Shown here: piece by piece, positions 1 to 7,716 of the stretch | Numbering within the stretch: position 1 is the stretch's first letter | Layout of the letters: each line of letters starts with the position of its first letter | Origin: Chloroflexota bacterium | Lineage (GTDB): Bacteria; Chloroflexota; Limnocylindria; QHBO01 | NCBI GenBank assembly: GCA_040877645.1 | Contig: JBBDNI010000007.1 | Span: 1-36,481, forward strand | Direction: 5' to 3' | DNA length: 36,481 bases | Notes under the pieces: model-generated | Told to the model about the DNA's origin: nothing | What the model saw: only the letters and a program-made list of their open reading frames with translations | Databases searched by the model: none | Position numbers and translations under genes: made by a program

Positions 1-1935
1 CCGTACGCAGCCGATTTCCGTCGCCGTGCGCCGGGGCACCTCGTCGCATCTGAACGCGTCCTCGAGCCGGAGGGCGCCCTGGGTCGTGTCACAGACCTGC
101 TCCGGCGGGTCCTGATTGGACGGCGCATCGCGACCGAGAAGGAGGCCCAGGAGCGCATCGGGCCGGTCAAGGGCTTGGCCGTCTTCGCCTCGGACAACAT
201 CTCGTCATCGGCCTATGCCACCGAGGAGATCATGCGGGTGGTGGTGGTCGCCGGCGCGGCCGCCCTGGTCGCAACGCTGCCGCTCACCATCGCCATCGTC
301 GCGGTGCTGTTGATCGTGGTCACCAGCTACCAGCAGACGATCCGCGCCTATCCAAGCGGCGGCGGCTCGTACATCGTGGCAAGCGACAACCTGGGCGTCG
401 GCCCCGGGTTGATGGCGGCTGGCGCCCTGCTGACCGACTACGTGCTGACTGTGGCGGTCTCGGTCGCCGCCGGCGTCGCTGCGCTGACCTCGATCTTCCC
501 CGCCCTGTACGACCAGCGCGTGCTGGTGGGCATCGTCTTCATCGCGCTGCTGTGGCTTGGCAACCTGCGCGGGCTGCAGGAGAGCGCGAACATCTTCGCC
601 GTCCCCACCTACATCTATCTGGTGGCGATCTTCGGCCTGCTCGGCTACGGCGGTTGGCTCGCCGTCTCAGGCTCGCTGCCGCACTACTCCGCTCCCCCGG
701 AGTGGGCGGCGGAAGCCGGCCCCCTCGAAGGGCTCGGGCTGCTGCTCATCCTACGGGCCTTCGCGGCGGGATCGGTGGCGCTGACCGGGACCGAGGCGGT
801 GTCGAATGGCGTCCAGGCCTTCAAGGCGCCCGAGGCGCGCAATGCCGGGCTCGTCCTGATCCTGATGGGAAGCCTCTTCGCGACGATCTTCCTGGGAATC
901 AGCTTCCTCGCGTCGCAACTCGGGGTCGTCCCCGACCCATCCGAGCAGGAGACGGTGATCAGCCAGGTCACGCGCACGCTGGTCGGCGCCGGCACCCCAT
1001 TCCACTACCTGATGCAGCTGTCCACTGCGTTCCTGCTGGTCCTGGCCGCCAACACCGCCTTTGCCGGCTTCCCGCGGCTGGCCAGCATCCTGGGCAAGGA
1101 CCGGTTCCTGCCTCGCCAGTTCCAGTACCGCGGCGACCGGCTGGCGCACAGCTTCGGGATCATGGTGCTCGCCCTCGTGGCGGCGGGGCTGCTGTTCGCG
1201 TTCGGCGGCAGCGTCACCAACCTGATACCGCTCTATACCGTCGGCGTGTTCATTGCCTTCACCCTCAGCCAGTCGGGCATGGTCGTCCACTGGTGGCGCT
1301 TGCGCGGCGAGGTGCGTGGCTGGCGGTGGCGCGCCGCGCTCAACGGCGTCGGCGCGGTGGCGACGGGGGTGGTGGCGATCATCGTCGGGGTCGTCAAGTT
1401 CGCGCTGGGCGCCTGGATGGTGCTCCTGCTGATCCCGTTGCTGATCGCGCTGATGTGGGCGACCGGGCGTCACTACCGCAGCGTCGAGGCCGCGCTGGCG
1501 GTGGACCCGACGAGCGAGGCCCTGCCCCGACGCGTGGCGCCGCACGTGTTGGTGCCGGTCAGCCGGATCGACCGTGCCACACTCAACGCGCTCGCCTTCG
1601 CCAGCTCCATCTCGGCCGATGTGACGGCCGTCCACGTGGCCGACGATCCGGCGGACCTGGCTCACATGAAGGAGGACTGGGAGCGCTGGGGCGGGCCGGT
1701 GAACCTGGTCATCCTCGAGTCGCCGTATCGGGCCCTGATGGGTCCGCTGATGGCCTACATCGACGCGACGGATCGCGCGGACCCGGCCCACCCGACCACC
1801 GTCGTGCTATCGGAGTTCGTGCCGCGTCACTTCTGGGAGTACCCGCTCCACAATCAGACGGCCCTGCGCCTCAAGCTGCGCCTCTTCTTCCGTCGCAACA
1901 CCGTGGTGGTCGACGTGCCATACCACCTGGGGTAG
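1..1935 (+). CDS. APC-superfamily permease with long cytoplasmic C-terminal domain; 5' end probably lies outside the window
   Basis: Frame 1 is open from nt 1 with no stop. The tracked ORF (175..1935) begins at a TTG inside a continuous conserved-looking segment (LIGRRIATEKEAQERIGPVKGLAVFASDNISSSAYATEEI). Many hydrophobic helices followed by a soluble ~150-aa tail; strong GC3 bias. Confidence 0.8.
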   Translation, partial: PYAADFRRRAPGHLVASERVLEPEGALGRVTDLLRRVLIGRRIATEKEAQERIGPVKGLAVFASDNISSSAYATEEIMRVVVVAGAAALVATLPLTIAIVAVLLIVVTSYQQTIRAYPSGGGSYIVASDNLGVGPGLMAAGALLTDYVLTVAVSVAAGVAALTSIFPALYDQRVLVGIVFIALLWLGNLRGLQESANIFAVPTYIYLVAIFGLLGYGGWLAVSGSLPHYSAPPEWAAEAGPLEGLGLLLILRAFAAGSVALTGTEAVSNGVQAFKAPEARNAGLVLILMGSLFATIFLGISFLASQLGVVPDPSEQETVISQVTRTLVGAGTPFHYLMQLSTAFLLVLAANTAFAGFPRLASILGKDRFLPRQFQYRGDRLAHSFGIMVLALVAAGLLFAFGGSVTNLIPLYTVGVFIAFTLSQSGMVVHWWRLRGEVRGWRWRAALNGVGAVATGVVAIIVGVVKFALGAWMVLLLIPLLIALMWATGRHYRSVEAALAVDPTSEALPRRVAPHVLVPVSRIDRATLNALAFASSISADVTAVHVADDPADLAHMKEDWERWGGPVNLVILESPYRALMGPLMAYIDATDRADPAHPTTVVLSEFVPRHFWEYPLHNQTALRLKLRLFFRRNTVVVDVPYHLG

Positions 1936-1940
1936 CGTCG

Positions 1941-2147
1941 CTAGGCGCAGTCGCCGGTCTGCTGTGCGGAGAGCCCTGACGCGGCGTCGCCGCCGAGCCG
2001 CTGCCCGAGGGCCACCAGCCCCAACCCCACGACACGGCGCACCGCGTCTGCGCCCGGGTGCCGTGCGTCGCGCATCGTCTGGATCGCCTGCTCGCGACGC
2101 CGGTTGGCACCGACTGCGAGTGCCTGCTGATTCATCATTTCGAACAT
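1941..2147 (-). CDS. small hypothetical protein (68 aa), divergent from the MarR gene
   Basis: ATG at 2147 is preceded by GGAGG with an 8-nt spacer (minus strand GGAGGACAGAGCG-ATG). It lies inside tracked ORF 1941..2174. One hydrophobic stretch (VVGLGLVALG). No family recognised. Confidence 0.4.
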   Translation of the reverse strand: MFEMMNQQALAVGANRRREQAIQTMRDARHPGADAVRRVVGLGLVALGQRLGGDAASGLSAQQTGDCA

Positions 2148-2224
2148 CGCTCTGTCCTCCACCTGGCGGCCCACCGCCCTTGTCGTTCCAGTCCAAGAAT
2201 CTTCATCTCAAGACTGTCCACGGC

Positions 2225-2253
2225 AGTCTAGGACACAGATAGTTCGATGTCAA
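2225..2253 (-). promoter_or_regulatory. candidate sigma70-type promoter TTGACA-17 nt-TAGACT driving the small divergent gene
   Basis: Minus strand: -35 TTGACA (2253..2248), 17-nt spacer, -10 TAGACT (2230..2225). The -35 lies inside the palindrome 2246..2266. Located in the only AT-richer stretch of this region. Confidence 0.45.
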
Positions 2254-2266
2254 GAGGCTTGACATC
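2246..2266. promoter_or_regulatory. perfect 9-3-9 inverted repeat GATGTCAAG-agg-CTTGACATC; candidate MarR operator
   Basis: Read directly from the sequence. It ends 9 nt before the MarR start (GTG 2275 / ATG 2278). Its dyad symmetry and size fit dimeric winged-helix MarR binding sites. Confidence 0.55.
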
Positions 2267-2274
2267 AAGAGTAC

Positions 2275-2874
2275 GTGATGCCAATACTGTTGGCCATGAA
2301 CGCAGCTCAGAAGAAGCGCGCGGTCGATGCGGCAGAGGACCAGATCGATCGCATGCTGGCGGTCTGGGTGCGCGAGATCCCAGGCCTCGATCGCCTGACG
2401 GAGGGCATCGTCGAGCGCATAGGCAACCTGTCTCGGTACTTCGACCATTCCATGGAAACGACCCTGGCCGAGTTCGGGCTCGACCGCAGGACGCACCGTG
2501 TCCTCGCTCGGCTCCGATACCAGGGACCGCCGTACCGCCTGTCGGCGGGTCAGCTGGCCGAGGGGATGGGCCTCTCGAGCGGGGCCATGACCAACCGGCT
2601 CGATCGCCTCGAGGCCGCCGGCCTGGTGCGGCGCCTCCCCGATCCCGATGATCGACGCGGCGTGCTGGTCGAGCCGACCAAGGCCGGCCACGCGGCCTGG
2701 GATCGGGCGACCGATACGCAGGCGGGCCGCGAGGCGCTCATCGCGTCAGCGCTCACCGAGGAGGAGAAGGACGAGCTTCACTCTCTGCTGCGCCGGCTGA
2801 TGCGCGCCTTCCCCGAGGAGGTCCGCGAGGGGGCCAAGCGGCGGAAGATGCAAGAGCACGCCACCCCGGACTAG
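2275..2874 (+). CDS. MarR-family transcriptional regulator
   Basis: Winged-helix segment LSAGQLAEGMGLSSGAMTNRLDRLEAAGLVRRLPDPDDRRGVLVEPTKAG is typical of MarR. Start is GTG 2275 or ATG 2278. Confidence 0.9.
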   Translation: MMPILLAMNAAQKKRAVDAAEDQIDRMLAVWVREIPGLDRLTEGIVERIGNLSRYFDHSMETTLAEFGLDRRTHRVLARLRYQGPPYRLSAGQLAEGMGLSSGAMTNRLDRLEAAGLVRRLPDPDDRRGVLVEPTKAGHAAWDRATDTQAGREALIASALTEEEKDELHSLLRRLMRAFPEEVREGAKRRKMQEHATPD

Positions 2875-3356
2875 GTCTCGACGAACTCCGCCCAGCGCAG
2901 GTTCACGATCACCACGTCGAACGCGGTCGCGCTCGAGCCATCGGCGCGCATCACCGTCGCGGTGGTGAGCGGCAGGTACGGTTGCGTGGAGCGCAGGTAG
3001 ACGTCGCGCTCGAGCCCCGGTCGCAGGTGGGCGGTGCCGGTGATCCGATAGGCCCCGATGTTCAGCGTCACCTCCTGCCGGTCACGAGGCTGTTTGTGCT
3101 CAGGCGGGCTCTCGTGCGGCGGCGGCACGATGAAGAGCGTCTTGACCGTCGGCAGCAGGACCCATGCCGCTTCGCGGTCGCGGTCCGCGCCCTCCGGCAG
3201 GAACGAAAGCTCGTCGTGGTGCTGCAGGATGTCGGTCAGGCGCTGGCCCTCGGTCGACACCGATCCGGCAAAGACGCCGTCGTCGGTGTAGATCCGGATC
3301 GGCTCGAGCGGCGGTTGGGGCGTCGGTTCGGGGCCCTTTGCGAATGGCCAGCGCAT
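2871..3356 (-). CDS. hypothetical protein (161 aa), last gene of the kinase/oxidase operon
   Basis: ATG 3356 is preceded by GGAGA with a 6-nt spacer. It lies 36 nt downstream of the oxidase gene on the same strand. Good GC3 bias. Its stop overlaps the MarR stop (CTAG). No family recognised. Confidence 0.7.
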   Translation of the reverse strand: MRWPFAKGPEPTPQPPLEPIRIYTDDGVFAGSVSTEGQRLTDILQHHDELSFLPEGADRDREAAWVLLPTVKTLFIVPPPHESPPEHKQPRDRQEVTLNIGAYRITGTAHLRPGLERDVYLRSTQPYLPLTTATVMRADGSSATAFDVVIVNLRWAEFVET

Positions 3357-3392
3357 GGCAGGTCTCCGGGTGCGGCTGGGGTAACTGTAGCC

Positions 3393-5840
3393 TCAGGCGC
3401 GGATTCGGTCTCCCGCGGGGTCGAAGAGCGGCTCCGCGTTGACCGTCCAGCCGACCCATTCCCCGAAGATCTCCACCTCCCCGGTCTGGCCCACGGCGGC
3501 CAGCGCCGGTGGCAGATAGGCAAAGGCGATCGAGCGCTGCACGGTGAATCCGTAGCCGCCGGAGGTGACCCTGCCGACGATCTCGCCGTTGACCCGCACC
3601 GGTTCATTGCCAAGCGCAACGGAGCGCGGATCGTCGATCACCATGCAGGCCAGGCGCTTGCGTGGCCCGGCCTCCTTCGCTGCGATCAGCGCATCGCGGC
3701 CGATGAAATCGGTCTCCTTGGTGAGCCGCACGGCGAACCCCAGCCCCGCCTCGAACGGCGTTTCCTCCGGCGTGATGTCGCTCGACCAGACGCGGTAGCC
3801 CTTCTCCAGGCGCAGGCTGTCGATGGCCCGATAGCCCCCGGCCAACAGCCCCAGCGGGCGGCCCGCCTCCCACAGCGTGTCCCACAGCTGCGCGCCATAT
3901 TCCGCCGGGCAGTAGAGCTCCCAGCCCAGCTCGCCGACGTAGGTGACCCGCAGCGCGGTGACCGGCACGTGCCCGACCGTGATCGGCCTGGTGGTCAGGT
4001 ACGGGAAGGCCTCGTTGCCGACGTCGTCCGTGGTGGTCGAGGCGAGGATCTGGCGGGCCACCGGTCCCCACAGGCCCAGGCAGGCCACTGACGAGGTGAT
4101 GTCATTGACCGTCACGCTGCCATCGTCCGGCGCGTGGCGGCGGATCCAGCCCAGGTCATGGTTGCCGAAAGCGGTCCCGGTGACGATGAAGAAGCGCCCC
4201 TCCTCCAGCCGGGTGACGGTGAAGTCGCACTCGATCCCGCCGCGGCGGTTGAGCATTTGGGTGTAGGTGATCCTGCCGACCGGGCGATCCATCTCGTTGT
4301 CGCACAGGCGCTGCAGGAGGGCCAGCGCGCCGGCCCCGGTGATCTCGATCTTGGCGAAGCTGGTCTCGTCGAAGAGGGCGGCTGCATAGCGGGTGGCCAG
4401 CGCCTCGGCGCCGATCGCCGGCGACCAGTGCTGCCCCGCCCAGCCGCGCGGCCGGAGCGACTCGTCGCCCGCCGCTTCGTTCGACTCGAACCAGTTCGGC
4501 CGCTCCCAGCCTGACTTCTCGCCGAAGGCGCAGCCGAGCGCCGCCAGCCGCGAGTAAGCGGGGGAGAGGCGCAGCGGCCGCGCCGACTGGCGCTCCTCGT
4601 TCGGGTAGTGGATGTCGTAGTAGGTGGCGTAGTTCTCGGTCGCGCGGGCCAGGGTGTAGGAGCGCGATCGGTACTGCGACCCGAAGCGACGGGTGTCCAT
4701 CTTCCACAGGTCCAGCTCCGGTTCGCCGTCGACGATCCAGTGCGCCAACTGGCGACCCATCCCCCCGGCGCCGGCGATGCCGTGGGCGCTGAAGCCGGCC
4801 GCCACGAAGAAGCCACGCACCGCCGACTCGCCCAGGATGAACTCGTTGTCGGGGGTGAACCCCTCCGGCCCGTTGATCAGCTGCTTGATGCCGGCGTCGT
4901 GCATGGCCGGCACCCGGCGGACGGCGCCGGCGCTGATCTCCTCGAAGCGCGGCCAGTCCGGGGGCAGCAGCTTGCCGTTGAAGTCGGCCGGGATGCCGTC
5001 GAGCGACCAGGCCAGCGGGTTGCGCTCGTAGCCACCCATCACCAGGCCGCGCACCTCGGGACGGAAGTACACCAGGTTGTCCGGATCGCGCAACTGGGGC
5101 AGGTCCGGGGTCACGCCGTCGATCGGCTCGCTGACCAGGTACTGGTGCGCGAAGGGGATGATCGGGACCGTGACCCCCGCCATGCGACCGATCTCCGGCG
5201 CGAACATGCCGGCCGCGTTGACCACCACCTCGGCCACGATCTCGCCGCGGTCCGTGGTCACGCCGGTGACGCGCCCGCGCTCGACGCCGATGCCGGTCAC
5301 CCGTGTCCGGGGCAAAATGGTCGCCCCGTGACTCCGGGCCCCGGCCGCCAGGGCCTGGGTCAGTCCGCTGGGATCGAGGTAGCCGTCGGTCGGCAGCCAG
5401 GCCGCGCCGCGCACGCCATCGGTGACCATCAGCGGGAAGAGCTGCTGCGCCTCATCGGCGCTGATCAGCTCCATCGGCAGCCCATAGGCCTTGGCCCAAC
5501 CGGCCTGGCGGCGCAGCTCCTCCATCCGCTCGTCGGATGCTGCCAGGCGCAGCGAGCCGACCTCGCGCCAGCCGGGGTCGACCCCGGTCTCGGCGGCCAA
5601 TGCGCGGTAGGTGGCGACGCTGTCGACCATCATCCGCGTCAGCGTCGGGCTTGAGCGCAGCTGTCCCACCAGCCCGGCCGAGTGGAAGGTCGAGCCGCTG
5701 GTCAGCTCGGACCGATCGAGCAGCACGACATCGGTCCAGCCCAGGGCCGTCAGGTGGTAGGCCAGGGCGGCGCCGCCCACGCCGCCGCCGATGATCACGC
5801 AGCGCGTGTGTTGCGGCAGCGCCGAGGCGCGGTCAGCCAC
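3393..5840 (-). CDS. FAD-dependent oxidoreductase fused to GcvT-type folate-binding aminomethyltransferase domain (dimethylglycine/sarcosine oxidase- or dehydrogenase-like), paralogue 1
   Basis: N-terminal dinucleotide fold VIIGGGVGGAALAYHL; TSGSTFHSAGL with His at the position used for covalent FAD in this family. C-terminal GcvT-like motifs YVGELGWELY and LRLEKGYR. The GTG start at 5840 overlaps the upstream kinase stop by 8 nt. Confidence 0.9.
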   Translation of the reverse strand: MADRASALPQHTRCVIIGGGVGGAALAYHLTALGWTDVVLLDRSELTSGSTFHSAGLVGQLRSSPTLTRMMVDSVATYRALAAETGVDPGWREVGSLRLAASDERMEELRRQAGWAKAYGLPMELISADEAQQLFPLMVTDGVRGAAWLPTDGYLDPSGLTQALAAGARSHGATILPRTRVTGIGVERGRVTGVTTDRGEIVAEVVVNAAGMFAPEIGRMAGVTVPIIPFAHQYLVSEPIDGVTPDLPQLRDPDNLVYFRPEVRGLVMGGYERNPLAWSLDGIPADFNGKLLPPDWPRFEEISAGAVRRVPAMHDAGIKQLINGPEGFTPDNEFILGESAVRGFFVAAGFSAHGIAGAGGMGRQLAHWIVDGEPELDLWKMDTRRFGSQYRSRSYTLARATENYATYYDIHYPNEERQSARPLRLSPAYSRLAALGCAFGEKSGWERPNWFESNEAAGDESLRPRGWAGQHWSPAIGAEALATRYAAALFDETSFAKIEITGAGALALLQRLCDNEMDRPVGRITYTQMLNRRGGIECDFTVTRLEEGRFFIVTGTAFGNHDLGWIRRHAPDDGSVTVNDITSSVACLGLWGPVARQILASTTTDDVGNEAFPYLTTRPITVGHVPVTALRVTYVGELGWELYCPAEYGAQLWDTLWEAGRPLGLLAGGYRAIDSLRLEKGYRVWSSDITPEETPFEAGLGFAVRLTKETDFIGRDALIAAKEAGPRKRLACMVIDDPRSVALGNEPVRVNGEIVGRVTSGGYGFTVQRSIAFAYLPPALAAVGQTGEVEIFGEWVGWTVNAEPLFDPAGDRIRA

Positions 5841-6768
5841 GCGCCGCCTCGCGCAGCTGCTCGTCGAAGGCGGGGCCGGACGCGTTGTGCAGGAGCCGCT
5901 CGAAGTGCTCGTCCGTGTAGGCCACGAAGTCGACGTCGAGCGTGCTGATCCCCTGCTGCAGGACGCCCCACATCGCCTCGCGGAAGTCGGAGACGACCCG
6001 CATCAGGGCCAGGCGCGCCAGCCGGGGGGGCCGAACCTCACCCTCGTACGCCTCCAGCAGGATCGCATCCTGGTCCGGGTCAAGCTCATGGTTGACGCTG
6101 AAGTTGCCCAGGTCGAAGAAGGGGTCGCCCATCCCCGCGTACTCCCAATCGACGATCCGGATCCGTTCGCCATCGTCGATGAAGTTGGCGTTGAGCAGGT
6201 CGTTGTGGCACGGGCGCAGGTGGATCGGCGCGTCGAGAAGCGCCCGCTCGATCCGACGGCCGGCGGCGTGGGCCTCGTCCCAGGCGGAAGGGCGAGGGAC
6301 ACCGCGCGAACTGGCCAGCGCCGCGTAGGCCTCCACGATCCGCAGCGGCACGAAGAGGCCCGGGATGGCCGGGCCGCCGTGGATGCGACGGATCGAGTCG
6401 GCCACGCGGCGCAGCATCTCCGGCCGGCGCACCTGCTCGCGGCTGACCGGCTCGCCCACGATGAACCGGGTGACCAGGTAGCCCTCTGGTCGGATGAAGG
6501 CGGTCACCTCCGGCCCGATCCCGACGCCCGCCGCGGCGACCGTGGCCGCGTGCTCGACCTCGCGACTGATGCCGAGTAGGTAGGTGTCGTTCCCCGCCAG
6601 GCGGATCACGTAGCGCTCGGCGCTCCCCGCGAGCGCGATCAGATAGTTGCGGTTGGTGATGCCGCCCGACAGCGTCGTCAGCGTCAGTTCGCGGCCGGCC
6701 GTCTCCGGGACGCGCTGCAGCGCCGCGACCAGCTGGTCGCGCAGCTCGCCCTGCGGCGCTTCATCCAC
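5833..6768 (-). CDS. choline/ethanolamine-kinase-like phosphotransferase (LicA/APH fold), paralogue 1
   Basis: Brenner motif CHNDLLNANF and choline-kinase motif IVDWEYAGMGDPFFDLGN. The tracked ORF runs to GTG 6813, which would overlap the upstream gene by 44 nt. GTG 6768 sits 1 nt after that gene's TAG and 9 nt after GAGG, so I prefer it. Confidence 0.85.
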   Translation of the reverse strand: MDEAPQGELRDQLVAALQRVPETAGRELTLTTLSGGITNRNYLIALAGSAERYVIRLAGNDTYLLGISREVEHAATVAAAGVGIGPEVTAFIRPEGYLVTRFIVGEPVSREQVRRPEMLRRVADSIRRIHGGPAIPGLFVPLRIVEAYAALASSRGVPRPSAWDEAHAAGRRIERALLDAPIHLRPCHNDLLNANFIDDGERIRIVDWEYAGMGDPFFDLGNFSVNHELDPDQDAILLEAYEGEVRPPRLARLALMRVVSDFREAMWGVLQQGISTLDVDFVAYTDEHFERLLHNASGPAFDEQLREAARG

Positions 6769-6769
6769 C

Positions 6770-7555
6770 CTAGCGGACCTCGTCGACGTCGGTCCACCAC
6801 TTGACACGCTCACCGACTCGAGACCGCGCGCGCCATCTGAACGATTTCGGCTCCGCCTCTAGGCGGGTGACAAGTTCCCGCACCTGGCCGATCACCCGCT
6901 CTCGGGCGGGCTGGTCGAGCTGCGGGTAGGTGAGGGCGAGCGCCGAGACCTTCTCCAGGTTCAAGGTGGTGGTCCGCCACAGGCCCCAATCCGCCGCGCA
7001 CAGCCCCGCCACTCGCCCGACGTCGATCGACCCGTCGTCGCGATCGGCCAACTCGTGCTCGAGCAGCAACAGGATCACGTCCACGACGTCCTTCTGGTTG
7101 ATCTTGACGATCTGGAGCTTGGAGAGCAGGAGCTCGGCGAGCGGGATCGTCGGCCGGTCGTATTCGAGACGTCGGTCGAGCGGAATCCGGTGGCAGAACT
7201 CGAGGCGGTCGTAGAAGACGTCGATATGGATCCCGTTGCCGGGATGGTCATAGACGCCGCGTCGCCCCTCCGAGGTCATTTCCACCTCTCGGTCCTCGAC
7301 GTAGCCGACCGATGCCAGGAAGCTCGACACAGTCCCCGCGTCGCGCTGGTACCCGGCGAAGTCGATGTCCGCATAGGTTCGCTCGAAGGCGGGCAGCAAT
7401 GCCGCCGAGGTTGGGCAGTGGAGCGCCACACCAACGGACCCCAGGACGCGCAGCGGTACCCCTCGATCGTCCAACGCGTCGGTGATGCGGGCGATCTCGG
7501 CCTCCAGCACGGATCGCGCGATGCTCTTCGCTGATTCCGCTGGACGTGTCGGCAT
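6770..7555 (-). CDS. putative Pol-beta-superfamily nucleotidyltransferase-fold protein, first gene of the operon
   Basis: LGSVGVAL ... RTYADIDFAGY resembles the G[GS]-x(n)-DxD signature of minimal nucleotidyltransferases. ATG 7555 has GAGG 6 nt upstream; the alternative ATG 7585 has no SD. The functional call is tentative. Confidence 0.6.
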   Translation of the reverse strand: MPTRPAESAKSIARSVLEAEIARITDALDDRGVPLRVLGSVGVALHCPTSAALLPAFERTYADIDFAGYQRDAGTVSSFLASVGYVEDREVEMTSEGRRGVYDHPGNGIHIDVFYDRLEFCHRIPLDRRLEYDRPTIPLAELLLSKLQIVKINQKDVVDVILLLLEHELADRDDGSIDVGRVAGLCAADWGLWRTTTLNLEKVSALALTYPQLDQPARERVIGQVRELVTRLEAEPKSFRWRARSRVGERVKWWTDVDEVR

Positions 7556-7716
7556 TGGTGGCCTCAGGGCGGCACAGGCGCGCATTGTACGGACTGGGGT
7601 CAGGGTGTCGTCCGAGGTATGGCTTGTGCCGGCATCGGTCCAGGGTTGCGGCCGATGCGCAGCCCACCGTAGGGTGGCACCGGCGCAAAACGGCGTCTGG
7701 TTTCAGCGGGAGTGGC

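Noticed and set aside
6770-7555. AbiEii-type toxin (toxin-antitoxin/abortive-infection nucleotidyltransferase), because of the RTYADIDF motif
   Set aside because: No AbiEi-like antitoxin or regulator gene lies upstream. The gene is translationally coupled to metabolic genes. The similarity is limited to the generic nucleotidyltransferase signature.
7546-7716. 57-codon N-terminal extension of oxidase paralogue 2 (tracked start GTG 7546)
   Set aside because: The extension is Arg/Gly-rich and would overlap the divergent promoter region and the start of the neighbouring gene. ATG 7717 has a GGGAG RBS and gives the canonical distance to the GxGxxG motif.
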